Assembly (NCBI GenBank): GCA_016936175.1 | Contig: JAFGPN010000003.1 | Location: 1-58,777 of the forward strand | Reading direction: 5' to 3' | Length of the DNA: 58,777 bases | DNA from: Patescibacteria group bacterium | GTDB lineage: Bacteria > Patescibacteriota > Kazan-3B-28 > UBA10110 | Shown here: positions 47,761 through 56,687 of the stretch, one piece after another | Layout of the letters: each line of letters starts with the position of its first letter | How positions within the stretch are numbered: the first letter of the stretch is position 1 | Position numbers and translations under genes: made by a program | The notes under the pieces: generated by a model | The model's database searches: none | Told to the model about the DNA's origin: nothing | What the model saw: only the letters and a program-made list of their open reading frames with translations

Positions 47761-47763
47761 GCC

Positions 47764-48846
47764 CTACCGATTGCGCAGATAGTCAGAGATGTAGTAATCA
47801 AGTTGGCCGGAAAGGATGGCAGCACGGGCGCCCTTGATTAACGAATAGTTGTGATGCCAATTGTGTACCATCAACCTTCGGATGGTCTCATGATCTTTTT
47901 GTTTAAACCCTGCCCGCAACTTTGCTCTTGAGATGTTAGAACGGCAAGTTGGGCAATCGCACAACGGATCTAACACTTGCTCATCTTTTTCAAATTCGGC
48001 GTTTCGGATATCAAAATATTTACCGCCAGATACCCAGACTCGGCCATGCCTGCCCTCTCTGGTGGCCGCGATACCATCAAAGGTGTCTATCCCCCGCTTA
48101 ATACACTCCAAAATATCAACCGGCTTGCATATGCCTAACAGATGCCTCGGCTTATCGTCTGGAAGTCGCTTTACGCAAAAATCCACTGTGTTGTACATCG
48201 CCGGCCTGGGTTCGTTCCACGCTAATCCACCAATTGCTATTGCCGGGATGCCGCGGTTTAACTGCCTGCGCGCGTCCCACAAGCTAATTAATCGTGCTAA
48301 TTTATTTAATCCGCCCTGCGAGATGTAATAAAGCCTATCATCCGCTATCCCCCGAGAACGTCGGTGCCAAACGGCAGTCATAAAAGCTGACCAAATAAAC
48401 TTGAGCGGATTTTTATCCATCGTATAGACCGTGTTATCCAACGGCATAATTAAATCCACGCCCGCAGCTTTTCCCCACTCCACCACTTCATGCGGAGTGA
48501 TAAAAGCTCTCTTGCCGTTTAGATTAAATCCGATACCAGAAAAATTCTGATGCAGATGTTTACCCAAACTCACCATCTGAAATCCACCGGAATCCGCCAT
48601 CGTTGGCCCCGCCCAGCTTATTCCCTCTCGAATGTCTTCTGCCCCTCGTTCTCTTAGCCAAAAGGTATTCCGCAACAAAATCACATCCCGAGCATCCGAG
48701 ATATCCGAAGGCACAAATCCCCAGCTCTCCAGCGCCTTGGTGTAGTTTAGAGTAATAGACGGTGTAGCTATATCCCCATGGGCGGTTCTGAGTACCCCAG
48801 CCCTCGCCTGGCCGTCTCTGCCCTGAATATCGAATTTAATACTCAT
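47764..48846 (-). CDS. tgt: tRNA-guanine transglycosylase, divergent
   Basis: DSGGFQ, GGL, D.FD, zinc site CDCPTC...HN. Confidence 0.88.
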   Translation of the reverse strand: MSIKFDIQGRDGQARAGVLRTAHGDIATPSITLNYTKALESWGFVPSDISDARDVILLRNTFWLRERGAEDIREGISWAGPTMADSGGFQMVSLGKHLHQNFSGIGFNLNGKRAFITPHEVVEWGKAAGVDLIMPLDNTVYTMDKNPLKFIWSAFMTAVWHRRSRGIADDRLYYISQGGLNKLARLISLWDARRQLNRGIPAIAIGGLAWNEPRPAMYNTVDFCVKRLPDDKPRHLLGICKPVDILECIKRGIDTFDGIAATREGRHGRVWVSGGKYFDIRNAEFEKDEQVLDPLCDCPTCRSNISRAKLRAGFKQKDHETIRRLMVHNWHHNYSLIKGARAAILSGQLDYYISDYLRNR

Positions 48847-48858
48847 AGCTCTATTTAA

Positions 48859-48889
48859 CAGCAAATCCCGGTTTATCCGGGATTTGCTG
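48859..48889. terminator. Hairpin downstream of rplL
   Basis: CAGCAAATCCCGG-TTTAT-CCGGGATTTGCTG. Confidence 0.5.
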
Positions 48890-48991
48890 CTGTTGCCTGC
48901 CCGTCCGTAGTCCCGGCCTATCGGGACGAAGGGGGGCTTATTCCTAAAGAAGGATCAATGTCATACGATTCTGGACAAGCCAGAATGACGG

Positions 48992-49447
48992 TTACTGAAG
49001 CTCGACAGTAGCGCCCGCCTCTTCGAGTTTTTTCTTGATCTCTTCGGCCTCCGCTTTCTTGACGCCTTCCTTGATCACTTTCGGCAAAGCATCGGTCATA
49101 TCCTTAGCTTCCTTAAGACCCAAGGTGGTTACCTCGCGGATGGCCTTGATTACACCAATCTTATTGCTACCGGCCGAGGTAACATTAATGTTAAACTCGG
49201 ACTTTTCCTCCGCAGCTGGGGCATTAGCGGCACCAGCTCCGCCAGCAGCCATCATGGCAACCGGAGCGGCGGCACTTACGCCAAACTTATCTTCCATAAC
49301 TTTGACTAGTTCGGCCAACTCTAACACCGACATCTCGCCGACCATATCGACAACTTTTTTGGCGTTGCCGGATAACTTACTTGCATCTGCCTTTTTCTCG
49401 ACAGTTGCAGTCTCGGTTTGGACTTCTTGCTTCTCTTCGTCTGCCAT
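48992..49447 (-). CDS. rplL: 50S ribosomal protein L7/L12
   Basis: [39 protein letters not shown]. Confidence 0.97.
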   Translation of the reverse strand: MADEEKQEVQTETATVEKKADASKLSGNAKKVVDMVGEMSVLELAELVKVMEDKFGVSAAAPVAMMAAGGAGAANAPAAEEKSEFNINVTSAGSNKIGVIKAIREVTTLGLKEAKDMTDALPKVIKEGVKKAEAEEIKKKLEEAGATVELQ

Positions 49448-49517
49448 ATCTACCTCTAAATTAATTAATATTAATTTACCCTGAGCGTAGCCGAAGGGCT
49501 ACATCTCAATTTTTAAA

Positions 49518-50039
49518 TTATTTTGATTGTAAAGCTTTAACGGTGTTATAAAAGCCCTGCAACGGACCATTCAACACCCGAACAAATCCACTAATCGGAG
49601 CAGACATACTGCCAACCACTTTAGCTAATAATTCTTCGCGGCTTGGCAACTGCGCTAACTGCAAAATAGTGGCCAGCGCCACAACCTGTTTGTCGATTAC
49701 GCCGGAAAAAACTTTAACCTTATCGCCACTGCCCTGAGCAAACTCATAAACCAATTTGGCCACCGCTACTTCATCCTGGCCACCAGTAGCAATTGCGAGC
49801 TGACGATTAACCTTGCGCACATCCCAATCCTTAATACCAGCTTCCTCGGCGGCTTTAGATAACAAAGTGTTTTTAACAATTTGAAATTTTACTCCCTGCT
49901 TTCCCGCCTTCTGTCGAAAACTAGTCAGATCAGACATAAGTAGACCACTAAATTCAGCGGCCACTGTCGCTTTGCTCTCGGATAAGCTCTGAGAGAGCTT
50001 AGTTAGTTCAATCTCTTTTTGGGCTCTAGTTTTTGGCAT
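49518..50039 (-). CDS. rplJ: 50S ribosomal protein L10
   Basis: VKNTLL, LAQLPSREELLAKVVG. Confidence 0.95.
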   Translation of the reverse strand: MPKTRAQKEIELTKLSQSLSESKATVAAEFSGLLMSDLTSFRQKAGKQGVKFQIVKNTLLSKAAEEAGIKDWDVRKVNRQLAIATGGQDEVAVAKLVYEFAQGSGDKVKVFSGVIDKQVVALATILQLAQLPSREELLAKVVGSMSAPISGFVRVLNGPLQGFYNTVKALQSK

Positions 50040-50090
50040 ATGTTAGTCTGTTAGCAAATTAGCATATTGGCAGGTCAGTATTTGGTCAGT

Positions 50091-50197
50091 AAAAAAATTC
50101 GTCTCCTCCGAGACGAACGCTAACCAGCTAACCTGCTTATGGGCTAACCTGCCAACATTCCTTCTCGGTAGGATTTAGTTTAGTACCTACGGTCTTA
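50091..50197 (-). promoter_or_regulatory. L10 leader with attenuator
   Basis: TAAGACCGTAGG..TAAA..CCTACCGAG motif; terminator TTCGTCTC-GGAG-GAGACGAA-T7; promoter TTGACA-17-TAGACT at 50215-50243. Confidence 0.8.
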
Positions 50198-50304
50198 AAA
50201 GGTGTAACAAAGGAAGTCTACTATAGGCCCGAAGGGGTGTCAACCCCACTGACCGATATGGTATAGTTGGGAGTGAAGTTATTCCAAATTTAGGAGGTGG
50301 AGTG

Positions 50305-51960
50305 ATGAGCAATTTGACACGACGTTTTACTGAAGAGGAGCTAACCCCCGAGGAGCTCCACATCCTGAGCCGGTTCGTTAGCAATCCGAACGGCGAGGTG
50401 TTTGTGGTGAACGATCGAGAACTACCCGGATTAGTCGGGGCAATATATGCCCGCTATTCCCGGGCAGCCGGCGGATTTCAGCGAACTTTGTTAAAAGAGT
50501 TTGTCAATGAAAACGGCGAGCCCAAAACGAACAAGGCTGATGAACTGATTCGCCGAGTACTAATCGCTTTCGGTGATGATTCGGTCGGAGAGCTGGAAGG
50601 TGCCCATCTATCGATCGAAAATATCTCCAATCTGGCGACCAAAGAGATCGAAGACCGTCGAATCGGCTTATCCCCGATCGAGCAGTCTTCGCGCTACGTT
50701 ACCTACGACCAAAAAGACATTCATGGTCGGTGGCGCTACCTGAGAGATAACGCCATCCTGAACTCACCGGTAGGAGGTCAGTACGTCGCTACCATGGACG
50801 AGATCTTCGCCACTTACACAGATCTGGCAACTAAGTTGGAGGAGTATTTCCGTATCCAGCATCCGATCGAGGAGGTCGAATACCAGATCCGAGATGGTCG
50901 ACCCAAGCAGCACTTAAACGAACTGACTGATGAGAGCGAGATCAAAGACTTTAAGCGAACCTATAAGACAGACGTCCACACCCGCGCCTGCGACACCGCC
51001 CGCATTCTATTGCCAGCGGCGACACTGACCAACGTTGGATTGTTCGGCAACGGCCGCGGTTTTCACAATATGTTAAACTCGCTCTACAGCCATCCACTAC
51101 CCGAGATGGTGCGCATCGCCGAAGAAGCGCACCAAGAGCTCAACCAATCGATTCCGCGTTACGTCGAGCGGGCGGCGGCTAGCGCCTATCTGATGGATAC
51201 CCGATCCCGAATGCGCCAGCTAGGCACTGAGCTCTGCTCTATCGAACAACTCCCTATTCTACCGGGGCATCGGGTGGAACTCCTGCCAGCAACCGATCTA
51301 ATAACCTCAACCATGGCTCAGATGCTCTTCCCTTACACCGAGCTATCCAGCGCCCAGTTACGGGAATTAGCCGAAGGGTTAGCACCAGAGCAACGCCGTC
51401 AGTTGATTGCTACTTATCATGGGCAGCGAGAAAACCGGCGCCAACGACCCGGCCGCGCATTGGAAGATGGTTACCCGATCAAGTTCGAATTCCAGGCAGA
51501 TTTCGGCATCTACCGCGATCTGCATCGGCATCGGATGCTCACCCAAGAACGCCAACTACTTTCTACTCGCTTAGGTTTCGTTGAAATTCCGCAAGCCTTC
51601 CACGATATCGGCGAAACTGCAGCAGTAGAGCGCTGCATCCAGCTTTCTCGCGACCTGTACGAGGCGATGCGCCAAGCGTTGGGAGTAGACTACGCCCAGT
51701 ACGCCGTCTTATTTGGATTCAATCTCCGCTGGACAATGGGAATGAACATTCGCGAAGCGATGCACCTACTGGAACTGCGCACAATCGCTCAGGGTCATCC
51801 CAGCTATCGTCGGGTTGCCCAAGAGATGCATCGGCAACTACTGACTCGTTATCCGGAACTGGCCGCCGAGATGAAGTTTGTCGATTACAACGACTACGTT
51901 TCCGCCCGCGGAGCATCCGAGGCATATCAACGCCAAAGAGAGGCTAAGCTCTCTCAGTGA
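50305..51960 (+). CDS. thyX: FAD-dependent thymidylate synthase, long two-domain form
   Basis: IEQSSRY, ARILLPAATLT, DLHRHRMLTQ, ELRTIAQGH. Confidence 0.9.
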   Translation: MSNLTRRFTEEELTPEELHILSRFVSNPNGEVFVVNDRELPGLVGAIYARYSRAAGGFQRTLLKEFVNENGEPKTNKADELIRRVLIAFGDDSVGELEGAHLSIENISNLATKEIEDRRIGLSPIEQSSRYVTYDQKDIHGRWRYLRDNAILNSPVGGQYVATMDEIFATYTDLATKLEEYFRIQHPIEEVEYQIRDGRPKQHLNELTDESEIKDFKRTYKTDVHTRACDTARILLPAATLTNVGLFGNGRGFHNMLNSLYSHPLPEMVRIAEEAHQELNQSIPRYVERAAASAYLMDTRSRMRQLGTELCSIEQLPILPGHRVELLPATDLITSTMAQMLFPYTELSSAQLRELAEGLAPEQRRQLIATYHGQRENRRQRPGRALEDGYPIKFEFQADFGIYRDLHRHRMLTQERQLLSTRLGFVEIPQAFHDIGETAAVERCIQLSRDLYEAMRQALGVDYAQYAVLFGFNLRWTMGMNIREAMHLLELRTIAQGHPSYRRVAQEMHRQLLTRYPELAAEMKFVDYNDYVSARGASEAYQRQREAKLSQ

Positions 51961-51980
51961 AGCATTAACCGATTACCAAC

Positions 51981-52006
51981 CCCCGCCGAAAGGCGGGGTG
52001 TTTTTT
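51981..52006 (+). terminator. thyX terminator
   Basis: CCCCGCC-GAAA-GGCGGGG-TGTTTTTT. Confidence 0.8.
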
Positions 52007-52601
52007 AAATTCCTAGGAGAGCCCGAGCCTGCGTGGCGATATCCTCTATCCCCTGTTCGCCATTGATGGATTGCATATGGGGATAGTTTTCCATTAGCCG
52101 AAGATAGTTCTGCCGAATGGCCGATAGTTTTTCTTCGTATTCAAAAAATTCCCGCGTCTCTCCCCGACCCTTTACCCGCTCCACCGCCACCGCCGGGCTA
52201 ACATCTAAAAAGAATGTGGTATCGGGCAATGGGAATTGTTGGTTTAGTTCTAATAATGTCTGATAATTGGCACCACTACCAGTACCGTAAGCCACTGTGC
52301 TCGGCACATACCGATCGCAGATTACCCACTCACCATTAGCTAAGTGTTGTTTGATCTCCTCCACATGAACTCGCCGATCATCAACATAAAGCTTTTGAAA
52401 TTCTAACGGATCATTAGGCATCGGCAACTCTCCCCGCAAAGTTGCTTTAATGGTTCGCCCAGCCTCGGTGAATAGGGTAGGTTCGTTAGTCAGCCACACC
52501 GGCACACCATGTTCGGCGATATAATCGGCTAATAATTTGGCCTGGGTAGTATGGCCAGAACCATCAATCCCTTCAAATACAATAAATCGATTATTCTTCA
52601 T
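52005..52601 (-). CDS. tmk: Thymidylate kinase
   Basis: FIVFEGIDGSGHTT, CDRY..S..AY, PDTTFFLDV. Confidence 0.95.
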   Translation of the reverse strand: MKNNRFIVFEGIDGSGHTTQAKLLADYIAEHGVPVWLTNEPTLFTEAGRTIKATLRGELPMPNDPLEFQKLYVDDRRVHVEEIKQHLANGEWVICDRYVPSTVAYGTGSGANYQTLLELNQQFPLPDTTFFLDVSPAVAVERVKGRGETREFFEYEEKLSAIRQNYLRLMENYPHMQSINGEQGIEDIATQARALLGI

Positions 52602-52763
52602 TTACCCCGTTAGAGTTAGGAAGCGTTGGCGCTTCCGTTAGCTAATTAATATGACCAACCAGACCGTTCCGGCAAACCGGAACTAGATTCTTCGGCTAAC
52701 GCCTCAGAATGACACAATCGAGAAATTTTTGTAATTTATATTTTTTAATTAACTTGCCACTTA

Positions 52764-53216
52764 TCACTCATCACTTTTCACTATCTCGTCTGTACTCCCA
52801 AATCCCCCACGGCTTACTCCAGCTAATTCGGTCAACTCTTCGAACTCAGCCTGCTCAACCTTAACAAAAATACCTTGGCCAATCTGCTCACCTCGTTCAA
52901 CAATAATCGGAACATTACTTACGTTTTGAACCTGAAATCTAATCTCATCATCAGGACCACAGTAATCTTGATCTACCACGCCGATGGCATGAGGCTTGAT
53001 TAGGCCAGGTTTTTTAACTGGCGTACTGCTTCTCATGGTCAGCAACAACATGTAACCAACCGGCGTCTGTACCACCACATTGCTGGGAATCCGCGCAATC
53101 TCGCCCGGATTAATTACAGTGGTTTCGCGAGTAACCAGATCAAAACCAACCGAACCAGTAGTCTTATATACCGGCAGGGACAGCGTAGTGTCGATACGTT
53201 TAATCTTAACTTGCAT
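52764..53216 (-). CDS. dut: dUTP diphosphatase
   Basis: GSVGFDL, RSS, GVVDQDY.G, RIGQ-like (QIGQ), SRGGFGST. Confidence 0.93.
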   Translation of the reverse strand: MQVKIKRIDTTLSLPVYKTTGSVGFDLVTRETTVINPGEIARIPSNVVVQTPVGYMLLLTMRSSTPVKKPGLIKPHAIGVVDQDYCGPDDEIRFQVQNVSNVPIIVERGEQIGQGIFVKVEQAEFEELTELAGVSRGGFGSTDEIVKSDE

Positions 53217-53227
53217 ATCTTCCTTCT

Positions 53228-53279
53228 GTCATCCTGAATTTATTTCAGAATCTAGATTCTGAAATTAGTTCAGAATGAC
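53228..53279. repeat. GTCAT-family REP doublet
   Basis: GTCATCCTGAATTTATTTCAGAATCT / AGATTCTGAAATTAGTTCAGAATGAC; similar at 29869-29951 and 54198-54249. Confidence 0.85.
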
Positions 53280-53285
53280 ATCGTA

Positions 53286-54074
53286 TTAAAGCGAGCTGAG
53301 ATCCACCTTAATTCCAGGGCCCATAGTCGAGGCCAACACTATCTTTTGGAGATATGTGCCTTTGGCCGAAGCCGGACGAGCACTAGATAATGCCTTAAAT
53401 AAAGTAGCAAAATTGCTCGTTAATCCATCTTTACCGAGCGAAATTTTGCCAAAACCAACATGAATAATGGCATCCTTGTCTAGTCGAAATTCGACCTTAC
53501 CCTTTTTGAATTCGGTCACTGCTTTGGTTACATCCTTGGTTACCGTACCGGTCTTGGGGTTAGGCATCAAACCCTTGGTACCCAAAATCTTACCGATCTT
53601 GCCAATTTTAACCATCATCTCAGGGGTAGCGATAGCCACGTTAAATCCCAGCCAACCATTTTTGATCTTTTCGACCAGGTCCTCACTACCAACAAAATCA
53701 GCACCCGCCTTTTTGGCTTCTGTAGCCTCGGCACCTTCAGCAAACACTAAAACCGTGGTGTCCTTACCCAATCCTGCTGGCATCGCCACCGTTCCCCGAA
53801 TATTTTGGTCAGCCTGCTTAGGGTCCAACCCAGTTTGAATATGCGCTTCGACCGTAGCATCAAACTTAACCGGTGATGTCTGCACCAATAAGTCCAGCGC
53901 TTCTTGAATCGGGTATAACTTAACCCGGTCAACTAGCTTGACCACGTCTAAATACTTCTTGCCTCGACCCCCCTTTGCTCTGCGGGCTACGGAGGGCTGC
54001 ACCTCGCTTACCGTCGTCTTCTTACTGACCCGCTTACCCGCTGATCTGCTAACCTGCTTTTTCGTATCTACCAT
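53286..54074 (-). CDS. rplA: 50S ribosomal protein L1 with N-terminal extension
   Basis: KFDATVE, GLMPNPKTGT, STMGPG; SD AGGAGG. Confidence 0.97.
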   Translation of the reverse strand: MVDTKKQVSRSAGKRVSKKTTVSEVQPSVARRAKGGRGKKYLDVVKLVDRVKLYPIQEALDLLVQTSPVKFDATVEAHIQTGLDPKQADQNIRGTVAMPAGLGKDTTVLVFAEGAEATEAKKAGADFVGSEDLVEKIKNGWLGFNVAIATPEMMVKIGKIGKILGTKGLMPNPKTGTVTKDVTKAVTEFKKGKVEFRLDKDAIIHVGFGKISLGKDGLTSNFATLFKALSSARPASAKGTYLQKIVLASTMGPGIKVDLSSL

Positions 54075-54085
54075 CACACCTCCTC

Positions 54086-54178
54086 GTGGTTTTACCCCGT
54101 AGCGACATACCGCTGAAATTGCGGCTAAGCAATTTCCGGTTTGTCCGGTATGGGGACTAGCGCCGTTAGGCTCCCACA
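54086..54178 (-). promoter_or_regulatory. L1-binding leader with an inserted palindrome
   Basis: GTGGGAGCC...TAAAACCAC frame; insert 54110-54139 matches 2612-2641 at 29/30. Confidence 0.65.
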
Positions 54179-54254
54179 ATTATGGATATAACCTTTCGTC
54201 ATCCTGAATTTATTTCAGGATCCATGTGCTGAGACTAGTTCAGCATGACATTTT

Positions 54255-54692
54255 TTAATTGCCGTTCCCGTTACCAATTTCAACGCCCATATTTCGGGCT
54301 GTACCTTCGATAATCTTCATCGCGGCCTCTACATCTTCGGTATTTAAATCGGGCATCTTGCGTTCCGCAATCTCCCTAAGCTGTGCTTTCGACAGCTTGC
54401 CTACCTTGACCTTGTGGGATTCACCGGAGCCCTTGTCTAACCCCGCTGCCTTCTTAATCAGTACCGAGGCTGGGGGTTGCTTGAGAATAAACTTAAAACT
54501 TCTGTCTTCGTAGATAGTTACCACAGCCGGGATAACCATCCCCGATAGGGCCGACGTCTTCTCGTTGAACTCCTTACAAAACTCCATGATCTGAATACCA
54601 TGGGGACCTAGAGCAGTACCAACTGGAGGGGCCGGGTTTGCCTTTCCTGCCTCTACCTGTAGCTTAACTATCGCGATAACCTTCTTAGCCAT
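54255..54692 (-). CDS. rplK: 50S ribosomal protein L11
   Basis: [27 protein letters not shown]. Confidence 0.98.
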   Translation of the reverse strand: MAKKVIAIVKLQVEAGKANPAPPVGTALGPHGIQIMEFCKEFNEKTSALSGMVIPAVVTIYEDRSFKFILKQPPASVLIKKAAGLDKGSGESHKVKVGKLSKAQLREIAERKMPDLNTEDVEAAMKIIEGTARNMGVEIGNGNGN

Positions 54693-54719
54693 ATTTATCT
54701 TATGGAGTAGTACTTCGAT

Positions 54720-54748
54720 ACTATAAAGCCACCCCCCAGGGGTGTCAA
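54720..54748 (-). promoter_or_regulatory. rplK promoter
   Basis: TTGACA-17-TATAGT. Confidence 0.7.
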
Positions 54749-54763
54749 GCGCCCAGGCCCATC

Positions 54764-55294
54764 TTAAGCAACGACCCGCGAGCCAAATAGCTGGATAGTT
54801 TTGGCCACCTCCTCGGGGATACCGTCAATACAAGGATAGTTCTTAACCTCTGTAGCGTTGACCCAAGCATATGCGGTAAACCCACCCTTTTCTGGGATCA
54901 CCTCTCCGCCCAAGTACTTGGCCGCAACTTTTACCATCATCACCGGTATCTCGTCTGGACGGACAAACGCCACACTGTTGATATATACCAAATCCGTGGT
55001 ATCAATCTCTACGTTGGCCTCCTCTTTGGCCTCACGTCTTAGTAAATCCTCCAACATATCGTTATAATCCAACACCGTGCCGCCATTGATGTTGGTGGGG
55101 TGATTTAGATCGATATCCCCCCACTCTAACTTCCCACCTGGCATCGACCAGCGACCCGGATGAACCTTTTCTCTTTCATCTCTTTTTAGGATTAAACACC
55201 GGCCATCAGATTCCCGGTAGACCACTACATTGCCTACAAAATAAAACAGTTTATTTTGTTTGGCGTTATCCAAACTGATTCTAGTCGCTACCAT
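54764..55294 (-). CDS. NUDIX hydrolase
   Basis: PGGKLE...[10 protein letters not shown] with an insertion in the Nudix box. Confidence 0.85.
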   Translation of the reverse strand: MVATRISLDNAKQNKLFYFVGNVVVYRESDGRCLILKRDEREKVHPGRWSMPGGKLEWGDIDLNHPTNINGGTVLDYNDMLEDLLRREAKEEANVEIDTTDLVYINSVAFVRPDEIPVMMVKVAAKYLGGEVIPEKGGFTAYAWVNATEVKNYPCIDGIPEEVAKTIQLFGSRVVA

Positions 55295-55380
55295 AGCTTA
55301 AACCTATCATCCAACCTCGCATAAGACAACGCGACCAGCCGTTAGGGCTAGTCGCGGTTTGCTCAACAATGCGAACAAAA

Positions 55381-55551
55381 TTACGCCGCTGCTTCGTCCG
55401 TACCACCGGCAGGCTGGTCGCCTTCGGCAGGCTTCTCTTCGGACGCAGGCACTTCTTCTGCGGTGTCAGGAGACTGAACAGGTGCCTCTTCAGGCTTCTG
55501 GGAGTCATCCTGAGGGGTAGGGGTAATGGGAGTCATGTTCTGATCATCCAT
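55381..55551 (-). CDS. Small acidic low-complexity protein (56 aa)
   Basis: Not in the supplied ORF track; AGGAGG SD; MDDQNMTPITPTPQDDSQKPEEAPVQ...DEAAA*. Confidence 0.65.
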   Translation of the reverse strand: MDDQNMTPITPTPQDDSQKPEEAPVQSPDTAEEVPASEEKPAEGDQPAGGTDEAAA

Positions 55552-55647
55552 CACAAACCTCCTATGAGTTAACCAATATAGTGCTCGTCTATACTAACAA
55601 ACGGGCTAATAAAAATCAAGGCTTTTATCAGTCCCAGACCATTTTTC

Positions 55648-55722
55648 TGGAGCCGGAGAGAGGAGTCGAACCCCCAACCTTTGCTTTACAAAAGCACTGC
55701 TCTGCCATTGAGCTACTCCGGC
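55648..55722 (-). tRNA. tRNA-Thr(TGT)
   Basis: GCCGGAG...CTCCGGC-TCCA; loop TTTGTAA. Confidence 0.92.
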
Positions 55723-55838
55723 TTAATCTTAGGGTTACGATTGGAAAGTTGCCCATGCTACGCTCCAAGGAGCTACGCAGGGCAGTCTTCGCTTTTTGTG
55801 GGCAAAGCCAGGCGTAGCTACCGTTAGGTAGCGAAGAC

Positions 55839-55914
55839 TGGAGCCCGCGAGCAGATTTGAACTGCTGACCTACCCCTTACCATGGGGTTGCTCTACCAAC
55901 TGAGCTACGCGGGC
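55839..55914 (-). tRNA. tRNA-Thr(GGT)
   Basis: GCCCGCG...CGCGGGC-TCCA; loop ATGGTAA. Confidence 0.93.
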
Positions 55915-56000
55915 TGGTGCCGAGGCTAGGATTCGAACCTAGGAAGGCATAAGCCAACGGTTTTACAGACCGCTCCGTTTGACCACTTCGGTACCTCGGC
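55915..56000 (-). tRNA. tRNA-Tyr(GTA)
   Basis: GCCGAGG...CCTCGGC-ACCA; loop CTGTAAA; long variable arm. Confidence 0.93.
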
Positions 56001-56023
56001 TTTATAAATTTTCAGGTGCTAAA

Positions 56024-56644
56024 TTATTTTAGCTTTTCTTCTGCTTCTGCCAAGAGCTTTTTGTATTCGTCGTTATGCGGCTCTAAGATTAAAGCTTTTT
56101 CGTAGGCATCGGCTGCCTTGCGATATTTTTTAGACATAAAGTAGGCCAACCCCAAATTCATAAACCGAGAAGCCACTTTATTGTTAATTGCAATGGATTT
56201 TTCGTAACTTTCTATCGCCTCGTCATACATCCCCTGCTGATAGAATAACAACCCAAAATTATTGTAAAAGGTATCGTTGTCTGGCTCGATCTGAAGCGCC
56301 TGCTCCAGAGCCGTAGCCGCATCTTTGTACCCTTTATTGCCCAAATACACCAACGCCAATTTATTATACAAACCGGCATCCTGTGGATCTTTTGTGATTA
56401 ATTTAAGATACAGTTTCTCAGCCTTGGCGTATTGCCCATCTTTGGCTAACTTATCGGCTCGGCTTAGCAGGTCCTCGTCTTCCTCGTCTTCCTCGCTTTT
56501 TTTATCGTCACCTTCGCGGTCCAAATCGCGAGCCTCCTTGGCTAACTTCTTAACCACCTCTTTTTCCAAGGGGAGCTTTCTTAGAACGATAATCAGCAAG
56601 ATTACCGTAGCCGCAAAAATTATCAGCTCTAACATAGTTACCAT
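56024..56644 (-). CDS. Membrane-anchored TPR protein
   Basis: N-terminal TM; about 4 TPR repeats. Confidence 0.88.
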   Translation of the reverse strand: MVTMLELIIFAATVILLIIVLRKLPLEKEVVKKLAKEARDLDREGDDKKSEEDEEDEDLLSRADKLAKDGQYAKAEKLYLKLITKDPQDAGLYNKLALVYLGNKGYKDAATALEQALQIEPDNDTFYNNFGLLFYQQGMYDEAIESYEKSIAINNKVASRFMNLGLAYFMSKKYRKAADAYEKALILEPHNDEYKKLLAEAEEKLK

Positions 56645-56687
56645 GTTACAGGCTTTGTAAACTGATTATATCCTGTTGGGGAGAGAA

